From the NCBI RefSeq assembly GCF_006345805.1, contig NC_043006.1, forward strand, positions 24,180,001 through 24,244,000: a stretch of DNA of 64,000 bases, given 5' to 3'. The notes beneath the pieces are model-generated. The model saw only the letters and a program-made list of their open reading frames with translations, did no database searches and was not told the origin of the DNA. The translations under genes were made by a program, and so were the position numbers. The stretch is from Octopus sinensis. Its lineage: Eukaryota. How positions within the stretch are numbered: the stretch's first letter is position 1; each line of letters opens with the position of its first letter. Shown here piece by piece: positions 40,980 to 52,455 of the stretch.

Positions 40980-41163
40980 CTTGTTTTATTTATATTTCCT
41001 GAGCGCCATACTAATACAATTGTTCGTTTGTTTTCCACCTGCCTTCGTCTTTTGTTTATTTTCATAAAGCTTCCCGTTATATATACATGTATATGTATAT
41101 ACATGTGTGTCTATATATATATGTGTGTGTATATATACATGTATATGTATATACATATATCTA

Positions 41164-41938
41164 TCTATATATATAAAGCTGAAGTTGTGTGTGTGTGTGC
41201 GGCAGGTTTGGTAGCCTTCAACTAACACTATCTCCTCCAAGAGCCTGCAGCGCAAGTTGACCAAAATTGAGACTTAGATAGAAGGCTTGCTCTACATTCC
41301 GTAGAAGAAAAGATTCAATTTGGACCATGTTAAGACCAAAAATTATTTATATCTAAAAGGTGCTTTTTTTACGATTTTTTTACTGCTGTGTCGCCATGTT
41401 TTGGTGTATTCCAACCAGAAAAAGTGCAATCTGCATGCTGTTACTAACTATGATGTTCAAGTCAAACCTTCAATGGGTGTGTTTTGATTTTACAGATTTT
41501 TTTTAGTTATACGTGATGTAAAATAGTCGATTTTATTCATTTTACAGGTACAACTATGATTCATGTTGCCCACCTGTTTGGTTTCAAAATAACATTTTTT
41601 GTTTTTTTTTGTAACCACAAACTGTTCTTACTAACGTTTTGGATTTTCCTGTACTTTTTCTTAATGAATACTTTTGCAGTGTCAACTTCTTAATAGATTT
41701 TTCAGTGCAGTTCGAACCTTGAGCTTCATTTTGCTTTAAATCTACGAGTAATTTTTTCTCCATAATGTCAATAGAAGGAATATTAACCAACAATTGAAGT
41801 TGGCATTACACATTTGCAGCACATTCAGAGCAAACTCGAGCATCACCACACTATACATTTAATTATACATTGAAACTATGTCAAAACTTTGTTAATGCGA
41901 CACCAAAGCCTGCCATTTTAAGTGGGCTATACTGCTAG
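41164..41938 (+). mobile_element. Non-autonomous Helitron-like element
   Basis: A|TCTATATATATAAAG 5' end and CTAG|T 3' end. Subterminal AGCCTGC-cattttaa-GTGGGCT restores to a perfect hairpin with two CpG reversions. Confidence 0.7.
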
Positions 41939-42527
41939 TGTATATATATATATATGTATGTATGTATGTATGTAATAGATATGTATATATGTATGTGTAT
42001 ATATATATATATAAATATATACTCGGAGTTTCACGTTCCCGTTCGTTGGACATTTAAAAGCAGCAGAAATTGAACAAAACCTGTCCGACGAATGGGAACG
42101 TGAAACTCCGAGTAACAGGTTTTGTTGAATTTCTGCTGTATATGCATATATATACATATATGTATATGTATATATATATATATGTATATGTATATATATA
42201 TATGTATATATATATATGTTATATATTTATATACATATATATATATATACATATATATATATGTATATACATATATATATTATATGTATATATGCATATG
42301 TATATACATATATATGTATATAGATATATATATACATGTATATATTATTTATATGTATATATACATGCATGTATTTATTATATGGCGTTAGGAAGGGCAT
42401 CCAGCTGTAGAAACATTGCCAGATTAGACTGAGCCTGGTGCAGCCTTCTGGCTTCCCAGAACCCCGGTCGAACCGTCCAACCCATGCTAGCATGGAGAAC
42501 GGACGTTAAACGACGATGATGATGATG

Positions 42528-42549
<22 letters not shown>

Positions 42550-42559
<10 letters not shown>

Positions 42560-42972
42560 AATAGTAGAGAATATAATTCCGAAACTTACAGGGAAAAATT
42601 CAAATTTCACAATATATAATATATGTATATAATTTAGAGAAAAAGATCTATTACACAATTCAATAAATGCATAATTTTTCGTGTCGATGGCGGCGGAGTT
42701 GGCGTCCACGCTCAAACACCTGCACCTGTGTTTGCTTCTCCCCCTTCTTCCCTCCCTCGTGAAGCTGTGGGGAATGGAGTTTAAGGAAATCAACGTCGTA
42801 ATGCGTTGTCAAGGAGACCAGCGTTCTTTTAGAACAACGACTTCATGGCTTGAGACACCAAAACAGAAATGGCTAAGAAAGCCCGAATTGGCATCTATAA
42901 GGGAAGTAACTCTCTAAAAATGTTATATAGTTATTTCCCTTACAAAATCGAGCAACGCCGGGCAATATGCTA

Positions 42973-42973
<1 letters not shown>
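42550..42973 (+). mobile_element. Short Helitron-like element
   Basis: Ends CGAGCAACGCCGGGcaatatgCTAG|T; lies between TA runs. Confidence 0.5.
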
Positions 42974-43026
<53 letters not shown>

Positions 43027-43027
43027 T

Positions 43028-44314
43028 AGACCTGTTGAGGCAGAGGCAAGTGTGTGACACTTGTGGAGACCTGTTGAGGCAAGTGTGTGACCCTTGTGAA
43101 GACCTGTTGAAGCAAGTGAAAATCAAACCAAATCAAAATAGATGAACATCAATGGAATTTGTATCTTTGTGTTCCAGTACCGGTGGCACACAAGAAAACC
43201 ATCCGAACGTGGCCGTAGCCAGTACCGCATCGACTGACCTCCGTGGTGTGGGCACAACAAACACCATCTGATCGTGGCCGTTCGCCAGCCTCATCTGGCA
43301 CCTGTGTCGGTGGCACATAAAAACACCATCCGAGACCCGGCACGTAGTCAGTCCACCTGTGCATACCTTCCCCCTCTTATGACACTTTGTGAGAACCTGT
43401 TGAGGCAAGTGACACTTGTGTAGACCTGTTGAGGCAAGTGAAAATCACAATCAAATCAAATCAAATCAACCAAATCAAAATAGATGAACATCAATGGAAT
43501 TTGTATCTTTGTGGTACCAGTACCGGTGGCACACAAGAAAACCATCCGAACGTGGCCGTGCCAGTACCGCATCGACTGGCCTCTGTGATGTGGGCACATA
43601 ACAAACACCATCCGATCGTGGCCGTCCGCCAGCCTCATCTGGCACCTGTGGTCGGTGGCACATAAAAACACCAACCGAAGACCCGGCAAGACTATCCGAG
43701 GCCATAACCCGTGGCCCCTACTTGGACGTAGTCAGTCCACCTTTGCATACCTTCCTTCCTTCTTGTGACACTTGTGAAGACCTGTGAAACCTGTTGAGGC
43801 AAGTGAAAATCAAATCAAATCAAATCAAATCAAAATAGATGAACATCAATGGAATTTGTATCTTTGTGGTACCAGTGCCGGTGGCACACAAGAAAATCAT
43901 CCGAACGTGCCGTAGCCAGTACCGCATAGACTGCCCTCCGTGCTTTGGGGACGTAACAAACACCATCCGATCGTGGCCGTCCGCCAGCCTCATCTGGCAC
44001 CTGTGTCGGTGGCACATAAAAACACCATCCGAGCGTGGCCGTCTGCCAGCCTCGTCTGGCACCTGTGTCGGTGGCACATAAAAACACCATCCGAGCGTGG
44101 CCGTTCGCCAGCCTCGTCTGGCACCTGTGTCGGTGGCACATAAAATCACCCACTACACTCTCGGAGTGGTTGGCGTTAGGAAGGGCATCCAGCTGTAGAA
44201 ACACTGCCAGATCTGACTGGCCTGGTGCAGCCTTCGGGCTCCCCAGACCCCAGTTGAACCGTCCAACCCATGCTAGCATGGAAAACGGACGCTAAATGAT
44301 GATGATGATGATGA

Positions 44315-44315
<1 letters not shown>
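43028..44315 (+). mobile_element. ORF-less RTE 3' UTR derivative with three 320-365 bp internal repeats
   Basis: Units start near 43102, 43423 and 43788 (acctgttgaggcaagtgaaaatc); ends in the RTE tail and (gat)n. Confidence 0.8.
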
Positions 44316-44365
<50 letters not shown>

Positions 44366-44899
44366 ATATATATACGCTTTTAATTGCAATGCAATTCATT
44401 CATTTATTGTATTAAATGGGTGAAGGTAAAAATTATTTTTACCGTAAATTCATAATACAAATAAGAAAATAGAGAATCAAATTCATCTCGTTCATCAACT
44501 TATAGATATTACAATTTTACATTATTTATTAATTATACAAATGGGAACAACAAAATCAAACAAAACATTATATAAATCAATAGGTAATATAATAATAAAA
44601 ATAATACAAATACATATTTTAATAGTCATATTATAAATTATTGAAATTCATAAACTACTCCTTACAGCTGTTTCAGCCTATGGTCAACAGTCAATTCAAC
44701 TTATATTGCCTATAGATGTCAGTATATTATGGTTTTAGGCATTAAAAATTATACTTATATGTTAAAAGAACCATAGGCCTTGTCAGAGGATATAATTAGC
44801 TTGAAAAGTATAATAATAATATTGATATACAAAACATGCTGCACTTATTATCCAATATATACAAATAAATAATAAAACAAATATCCAAAATATATACAT

Positions 44900-44930
<31 letters not shown>

Positions 44931-44959
44931 ATACACACACACACACACACATATATATA

Positions 44960-45110
44960 GGCGCAGGAGCAGCTGTGTGGTAAGTAGCTTGCTAACCAAC
45001 CACAGGTTCCGGGTTCAGTCCCACTGCGTGGCATCTTGGGCAAGTGTCTTCTGCTATAGCTTCGAGCTGAGTGGATTTGGTAGACGGAAACTGAAAGAAG
45101 CCTGTCGTAT
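44960..45110 (+). mobile_element. SINE 5' half (split by the RTE insertion)
   Basis: Matches heads of the uninterrupted copies at 57225-57610 and 63049-63443; its 3' half is at 50942-51146. Confidence 0.8.
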
Positions 45111-45439
45111 ATGTATTATAATATATATATTATATATATATATATATATATATCATCATCATCATCATCATCATCGTTTAACGTCCGTTCTCCATGCTAG
45201 CATGGGTTGACGGTTCGACCGGGGTTCTGGGGAGCCAGAAGGCTGCACCAGGCTCCAGTCTAATCTGGCAATGTTTCTACAGCTGGATGCCCTCCTAACG
45301 CCAACCACTCCGTGAGTGTAGTGGGTGCTTTTTACGTGCCACCTGCACAGGTGCCAGGCGAGGCTGGCAACGGCTACGGTCAGATTGGTGTATTTTATGT
45401 GCCACCGGCACGGAAGCCAGTCGAGGCGGTGCTGGCATC

Positions 45440-46060
45440 GGCCACGAGTCGGATAGTGCTTTTTACATACCACCAGACCAGGGATCCTGGCTGGTTCAAT
45501 TCGATTTCGATTTCGCTTGCCCCAACATGTCCACAAGCAAAGGGGGTTGGCATGGTGCCTGTCGTACGGTCGCATTGGAGTATTTTACGTGCCACGGCCA
45601 CGAGTCGGATAGTGCTTTTTACGTACCACCAGACCAGGGATCCTGGCTGGTTCAATTCGATTTCGATTTCGCTTTCGCTTGCCCCAACATGTCTTCACAA
45701 GCAAAGGGGGTTGGCATGGGTGCCTGTCGTACGGTCGCATTGGAGTATTTTACGTGCCACGGCCACGAGTCGGTTAGTGCTTTTTACGTACCACCAGGCC
45801 AGGGATCCTGGCTGGTTCAATTCGATTTCGATTTCGCTTTCGCTTGCCCCAACATGTCTTCACAAGCAAAGGGGGTTGGCATGGGTGCCTGTCGTACGGT
45901 CGCATTGGAGTATTTTACGTGCCACGGCCACGAGTCGGATAGTGCTTTTTACGTACCACCAGGCCAGGGATCCTGGCTGGTTCAATTCGGTTTCGATTTC
46001 AATTTTGCTTGCTCCAACATGTCTTCGCAAGCATGGGGGGTTGGCATGGGTGTCTGTCGT
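45440..46060. repeat. ~165-bp tandem repeat (about 3.8 copies) in the RTE 3' UTR
   Basis: Units start at 45440, 45596, 45761 and 45926 (ggccacgagtcgg). Confidence 0.9.
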
Positions 46061-46143
46061 CGGATGAGGTTCTATATCGACTTCGCTTGCCTCAACAGGT
46101 CTTTGTGTCCAAGGGAGGAAAGGCATTCATAAGTGGGCTGGGC

Positions 46144-49100
46144 TCACTTGTCCTGCCTGGTCTTCTCACGTACAGAATATTTCCAAAGGTCTCGGTCGCT
46201 GGTCATTTCCTCAGTGAGGCCTAAAGTTCGAAGGTCGTGCTTCACCACCTCGTCCCAGGTTTTCCTGGGTCTACCTCTTCCACGGGTTCCCTCAACTGCT
46301 AGGGATTGGCACTTTCTCACAAACCTATCTTCATCCATTCTCGCCACATGACCATACCAGCGCAATCGTCTCTCTTGCACACCACAACTGATGCTTCTTA
46401 GGTACAACATTTCTCTCAAGGTGCTAACGCTCTGTCGAGTATGTACACTGACATTACACATCCATCGGAGCATACTGGCTTCATTCCTCACGAGCTTACG
46501 CATGTCCTCAGCAGTCACGGCCCATGTTTCGCTGCCATGTAGCATGGCTGTTCGTACACACGCATCATACAGTCTGCCTTTTACTCTGAGCGAGAGGCCT
46601 TTAGTCACCAGCAGAGGTAAGAGCTCCCTAAACTTTGCCCAGGCTATTCTTATTCTAGCAGTTACACTTTCAGCGCACCCACCCCCACTACTGACTTGGT
46701 CACCTAGATAACGGAAGCTATCAACTACTTCTAGTTTTTCCCCCTGAAAAGTGACGGAAGTTGTTTTCTGCAGATTTTCGGAGGTTAATGCTCCCGAGCA
46801 TCTGCCACATACAAAAACTATCTTCCCAGTTAGCCTACCTTTGACATTGCTGCACCTCTTATGTGTCCATAGCTTACACTGGGTACATCTTATAGAGTTT
46901 CTACCTACACCTTTTCTACAGATCGAGCAGGGCCATCTTCCTGAAGATATTTGTGGATTGTCTACCTTCCTACTTATTAGTACTTTGGTTTTAGCTAGGT
47001 TGACTCTAAGGCCCCTTGATTCTAAACCCTCCTTCCACACCTGGAACTTCTCCTCCAGTTCTGATAGTGACTCAGCAATAAGAGCAAGGTCGTCAGCGTA
47101 GAGGAGCTCCCAGGGACAGCCTGTCTTGAATTCCTCCGTAATTGCCTGGAATACTATGATAAATAGGAGGGGGCTGAGTACTGAACCCTGGTGGACCCCA
47201 ACCTCTACTTTGAATTCTTCTGTGTACATGTTGCCAACCCTAACCTTACTTACGGCATCTCTGTACATGGCTTGCACAGTCCTCACCAGCCATTCATCTA
47301 TCCCTAGTTTCCTCATTGACCACCAGATAAGGGATCGGGGGACCCTATCAAAAGCTTTCTCCATGTCAACGAAAGCCAGGTACAGGGGCTTATCTTTGGC
47401 TAGGTATTTCTCCTGCAGCTGCCTTACCAGGAATATAGCATCAGTGGTACTTTTCCTGGCACGAACCCAAACTGCATCTCATCTAAACTAACTCTCTCTC
47501 TAATTAGTTGGGCTATGACCCTCTCCGTAACCTTCATTACTTGATCCAACAGCTTGATACCTCTGTAATTATTTGTATCTAGGGCATCACCTTTACCTTT
47601 GTAGCAGTTGACTAGTATGCTGCTGCACCAGTCATTGGGTATGACTCCTTCGTGTATCACCTGGTTGACTATACGGGTGACTAGGTTATAGCCGACACTG
47701 CCAGATATTTTGAGCATCTCTGCAGTAATTCCTGATGGGCCTGGGGCTTTCCCTGTCTTCATGCTTCTAATTGCCTTAGCTACCACGGAACTATCAACTC
47801 GGATAGCTGGTCCCTCTGTAGGGTCAACATTCGGCAGACTCTCTTTATCCCATTCATTTTCCTCATTCAGCAACCTTTCATAGTGGCGTCTCCAAGCTTC
47901 TCTCTTTGCATCCTCATTTAGCGCAAGTGAACCATCCTCCATGCGAACACATTTCTCTCCTACCACATCACGATTCTCTCTCACACACTGTCTTGCAACA
48001 CGAAATACCTCAAGTCTTTCATCCTCACGGCGCAGGACATTGGCAAATTTTCTCTTATCTGCTTCCCCTCTGGCTAGATAGACCTGTCTCCTAGCTTCCC
48101 TTCTGGCAGTCTGATACCCTTCCCTGCTACCACCGTTCTTCCAGGCCTTCCAAGCCTGTTTCTTTTGTCTAATAGCCCTGTCAACAATATTGTTCCACCA
48201 CCACGTTATTTTGGGTCTTAAGGGGACTTTGCACCAGCCACAGATCTGGTCAGCGGCTTTCAGCAGGTTGTCCCTCAGAAACGTCCAGTTGTCTTCTACC
48301 CCATGTGTAGCTATACCCCCTTCCACTTCGTCAAAGGCTTCAAGTAACATATCTCTAAATCTCTGTCCATTCGCAGGGTCTTTAAGCTTCCAGACCCTTC
48401 TTCTCCATGTTGGTCGTCTTCTAGTCGCCCTCTTAGTCCTGATCCTAAAGTCACTAACTACCAGTCTATGTTGTGGGGTGCATTCTTCGCCTGGGAAGGT
48501 TTTGGCATTTATAAGCAGCCATCTTTCCCTTTTTCTGGCAAGGATGTAGTCGATTTGGCTAGTATGCCGGCCCGATCGGTAGGTGACCAGGTGGCTTGTT
48601 GGTTTCCTGAAGTTAGTGTTGCAGACCATAAGACTATTCGCATCGCAGAACTCCAGCAGCCTGGTTCCCTCCTCGTTGCGGGAACCATAACCGTAGCCTC
48701 CATGTACGCCATGGAAGCCCCCAGCATGTCGTCCAACATGCCCATTGAAATCACCAGCCACAAAGAGAAGGTCCCTGTCGTTCGTCAATGAGGTGGTCTG
48801 CAGTAGGGTGTCATAGAAACTGTCTTTCTGTCCATCGGGTAGCCCTGGCTGAGGGGCATAGGCCGATATAATGGTTGCTAATCTATTATGAAGCACTATT
48901 CTAATCTTAAGTATTCTGTCACTTACTCTGATTACCTCAATTACTCTATCTATCCATTTCTCAGCGATAAGTATACCCACGCCACCAACCCCGTCAGTGT
49001 TCCCTGCCCAGAAAATCTTGTACCTGTGTTCCTTGCCTGTGAGGAACCTAGCAGATCCTCCTCTCCACCTTATTTCTTGCATACAACATACATCAACACG

Positions 49101-49265
49101 TCTCCGTTCAAGCATCTCGACTATCTCGCCAGACCTACCTTTCAGTGTGCCAACGTTGAGGGTGCCCACCCTGAGGGTGTGGGAGGTGTGGGCCTCTGAG
49201 ACCCTGGGATGAGGGACAGCAGTGTTATGTACCTGAAAAGAAAGCTTGCATTTGCCATATATCAT
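46144..49265 (-). CDS. RTE ORF (APE endonuclease, RT, PHD-type finger), about 1040 aa if one base is restored at 47451-47454
   Basis: VGTLNVGTL, SAYAPQ, GDFNGHVG, SQIDYI, HRLV; YRGIKLL, QFGF, EKAFDRVPR, GVHQGSVLSPLLF, YADD, FRYLG. Adding one A gives PGKSTTDAIFLVRQLQEKY and joins the 613-aa and 406-aa ORFs. Confidence 0.88.
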
Positions 49266-49419
49266 ACTGAGACTCTAGACTACAACCTGCATAAATTTCA
49301 CAGTTTTTGCGCTATATGATCACAATAAACCCTACATAGGGGTGCGGGGGGGGGTCAAGAAAGATAGAAAAAAGAAACTTCCGGTTCTGGTGAAGGGGTG
49401 GGAGGGCGAGGTCACCTCG

Positions 49420-50891
49420 AAGGAATAACAGGTTTAAAGGAACAACAGGTTTAAAGGAACAACAGGTTTAAGTTAATACGTAGGGAATTTTCCGCAACAG
49501 AAATTACTGAACATCTAGGAACTTCGGGGTTCGAGAGAAGTAATAAAATAATAGAGAGAGAGAGAGAAGAGAGAGAAAATATTTTGTAGGGATTTTAGGG
49601 AATCTTTGGGGAAAGGAATAACAACGAAGGAACAACAGGTTTTAAGTTAATACGTAGGAATTTTCTGCAACAGAATTACTGAACATCTAGGAACTTCGGG
49701 GTTCGAGAAGAACGTAATATAAATAAGAGAGAGAGAAAATATTTTGTAGGGAATTTAGGGTATCTTTGAGGAAAGGAATAACGACGAAGGAACAACAGGT
49801 TTAAGTTAATTCGTAGGGGAATTTTCTGCAACAGAAATTACTGACATCTAGAACTTCGGGGTTCGAGTAACCATAATATAAATAGGAGAGAGAGAGAATA
49901 TTTTGTAGTGAATTCTGGGAATGGAATAATAACGGATGACACTGAAATTAAGGAGGAATTTAAAATGCATGACAGACAGGAAGCCATGCATACAAGATGG
50001 CGAAATAAATAATAGAGAAACGGGATTTAGAGTTACGAATCAACGCTTAAAAAAATGAATATGAATGACAGGTTGTAAGTTAAATTCGCTTAGCTGGTCA
50101 TTTTTCGAGTCAGTGTTTTGTCAGCAAGATGTAGAATCGTGAAGAGGGACGAGATAAATCAAACACTGCTTTATAAAGAGTTAGGGATTGGGGGGGGGAT
50201 TATCAGGTGGCAGCATGAGGAAAGAGAGAGAGAGAGCTAAGGAACAACAGGTTTAATTCGTAAGGAATTTTCTGCAACAGAAATTACTGAACATCTAGAA
50301 ACTTCGGGGTTCGAGAAGAATGTAATATAAATAAGAGAGAGAGAGAGAAGAGGAGAGAAAATATTTTGTAGGGAATTTAGGGAATCTTTGGGGAAAGGAA
50401 TAACAACGAAGGAACAACAGGTTTTAAGTTAATACGTAGGGAATTTTCTGCAACAGAAATTACTGAACATCTAGAAACTTCGGGGTTCGAGAAGAATGTA
50501 ATATAAATAAGAGAGAGAGAGAAAATATTTTGTAGGGAATTTAGGGAATCTTTGGGGAAAGGAATAACAACGAAGGAACAACAGGTTTTAAGTTAATACG
50601 TAGGGAATTTTCTGCAACAGAAATTACTGAACATCTAGGAACTTCGGGGTTTGAGAAGAACGTAATATAAATAAGAGAGAGAGAAAATATTTTGTAGGGA
50701 ATTTAGGGTATCTTTGGGAAAGGAATAACGACGAAGGAACAACAGGTTTAAGTTAATTCGTAGGGGAATTTCTGCAACAGAAATTACTGAACATCTAGAA
50801 ACTTCGGGGTTCGAGTAAAACATAATATAAATAGGAGAGAGAGAGAATATTTTGTAGTGAATTCTGGGAATGGAATAATAACGGGATGACA

Positions 50892-50895
<4 letters not shown>
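49420..50895. repeat. Array of seven 160-173 bp units in two blocks with a ~290-bp spacer
   Basis: Units start at 49454, 49627, 49787 and 50239, 50409, 50573, 50734. A 17-bp motif is triplicated at 49420-49470. Confidence 0.92.
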
Positions 50896-50941
<46 letters not shown>

Positions 50942-50942
<1 letters not shown>

Positions 50943-51146
50943 GTTTGTGTGTCTGTGTTTGTCCCTCTAGCATTGCTTGACAACCGATGCTGGCGTGTTT
51001 ACGTCCCCGTCACTTAGCTGTTCGGCAAAAGAGACCGATAGAATAAGTACTGGGCTTACAAAGAATAAGTCCCGGGGTCGAATTGCTCGACTAAATGCGG
51101 TGCTCCAGCATGGCCGCAGTCAAAATGACTGAAACAAGTAAAAGAG
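50942..51146 (+). mobile_element. SINE 3' half (partner of 44960-45110)
   Basis: gtttgtgtgtctgtgtttgtccc...gcttgacaaccgatgctgg...gactgaaacaagtaaaagag, as in 63240-63443. Confidence 0.8.
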
Positions 51147-51397
51147 TATATATATATATATATATATAAAATATACATACATAGGCAAATTGTACATACT
51201 ATTCACATGCGCAAAATACATAAAGAACAACATTGAACAATATATTACATTACATTGGGTATATCATGTGTCGTATAGTCAAGTAAATACATTCTAATGT
51301 ATATACACTACCACATTTAACAGTACCAACAGTATTATTGCTTTAACGATAATCCTAAACAGATTATACGTACTATATTCATGTTTACTAACATAAC

Positions 51398-51861
51398 AAA
51401 AATTCATGATTCAAGGTTCGAAATATAAATATTCACACATACACATATATATATGCACAAACAAAATATTTGCGTATGAGTTTATTAATCAGACAAACAT
51501 AATCTAGATATTACTTAACGCATCCAAGTAACACAAACAAATTCAATTTTAGAATCCAAAATAGTAAATCCAAACTATATGTCTAAGCTAGGTTAGGTCC
51601 ACAATGTATATGTCTCTGTTATATGCGTATTAAATTTATCTAGATATTATTTAATACATCCATGTTACACGAACAAATCCAACTATAGAATCCAGAAAGT
51701 AAATCCAGACTTTATGTCTAAGTTGAGCTTAATTCGCAATGTTTACGTTTTTGTTATATACATATTAAAATTAATACATCCACATATTCAAACAAATTCA
51801 ATTTTAAAACCAGAGTAGCAACTTAAACTCCATGCCAAGCTGAATTTAGTCCAAAGGTTTG
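51398..51861. repeat. Second copy of the 1169-1631 repeat
   Basis: Direct alignment by eye along the whole length. Confidence 0.8.
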
Positions 51862-52455
51862 TGTTTATATATATATGCATATTAAATATTTAAAAATATT
51901 TAAAATTATATTGGGGGTTAGGGAGCGGTCATTTAAATCACTGGCTATTTAACTTATGCATAATAAATATTTAAAAATATGTTTGGGGTTAGGGAGCAGT
52001 CACTTTAATTCATGATCTATTTCCAATTGCATCTGTTAGGCCTGTTTTAAAACAATACGGGGTCAGAATATTAGTTAGATAGACCAAAAGACATCTTAGA
52101 TTATACTGCAAGCCTGCCTGTAACAACATGTCCGCAAATTAATACATCTCAACTGTGATATTTAAAATGCTGTCAATTCCATGACAAAACAGCAGAACGA
52201 AACCTGGGGAAACATTAGATGTGTTTGAACCAGAAGGAATTCTTCAGACATAGCTTATTTCAGTATAATATGCTGATCTCATTATGGCATTAAAGAAAAG
52301 CAACAACAAGAGGCTTATTATTTTAACAGTCCAAATTTGTGACAAAACAATTTTCAAGAATTAAAAAAAAAAAAATAATAGTTTATCTAAACTAAATAGA
52401 TTGTTAAATAAAAGTCCATTCATTTATATGTTAAAACTTGGATAGGTATTTACAA

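Larger units (their letters stand above)
37251..41075 (+). mobile_element. Near full-length Penelope-like element
   Basis: ORF with PLE RT and GIY-YIG, followed by a polypyrimidine tract, short tandem repeats (about 40430-40780) and a terminal repeat with a hammerhead-like motif; flanked by TA-rich microsatellite. Confidence 0.92.
45152..50895 (-). mobile_element. Apparently full-length RTE-clade LINE (~5.7 kb), antisense in KDM4 intron 3
   Basis: APE and RT ORF, ~1 kb 3' UTR ending in (ATG)n, 5' tandem array. Both ends abut (TA)n inside a split SINE. Confidence 0.92.

Noticed and set aside
49420-50895. CRISPR-like appearance of the regularly spaced array
   Set aside because: Whole units are repeated with no unique spacers, the context is eukaryotic and there are no cas genes.
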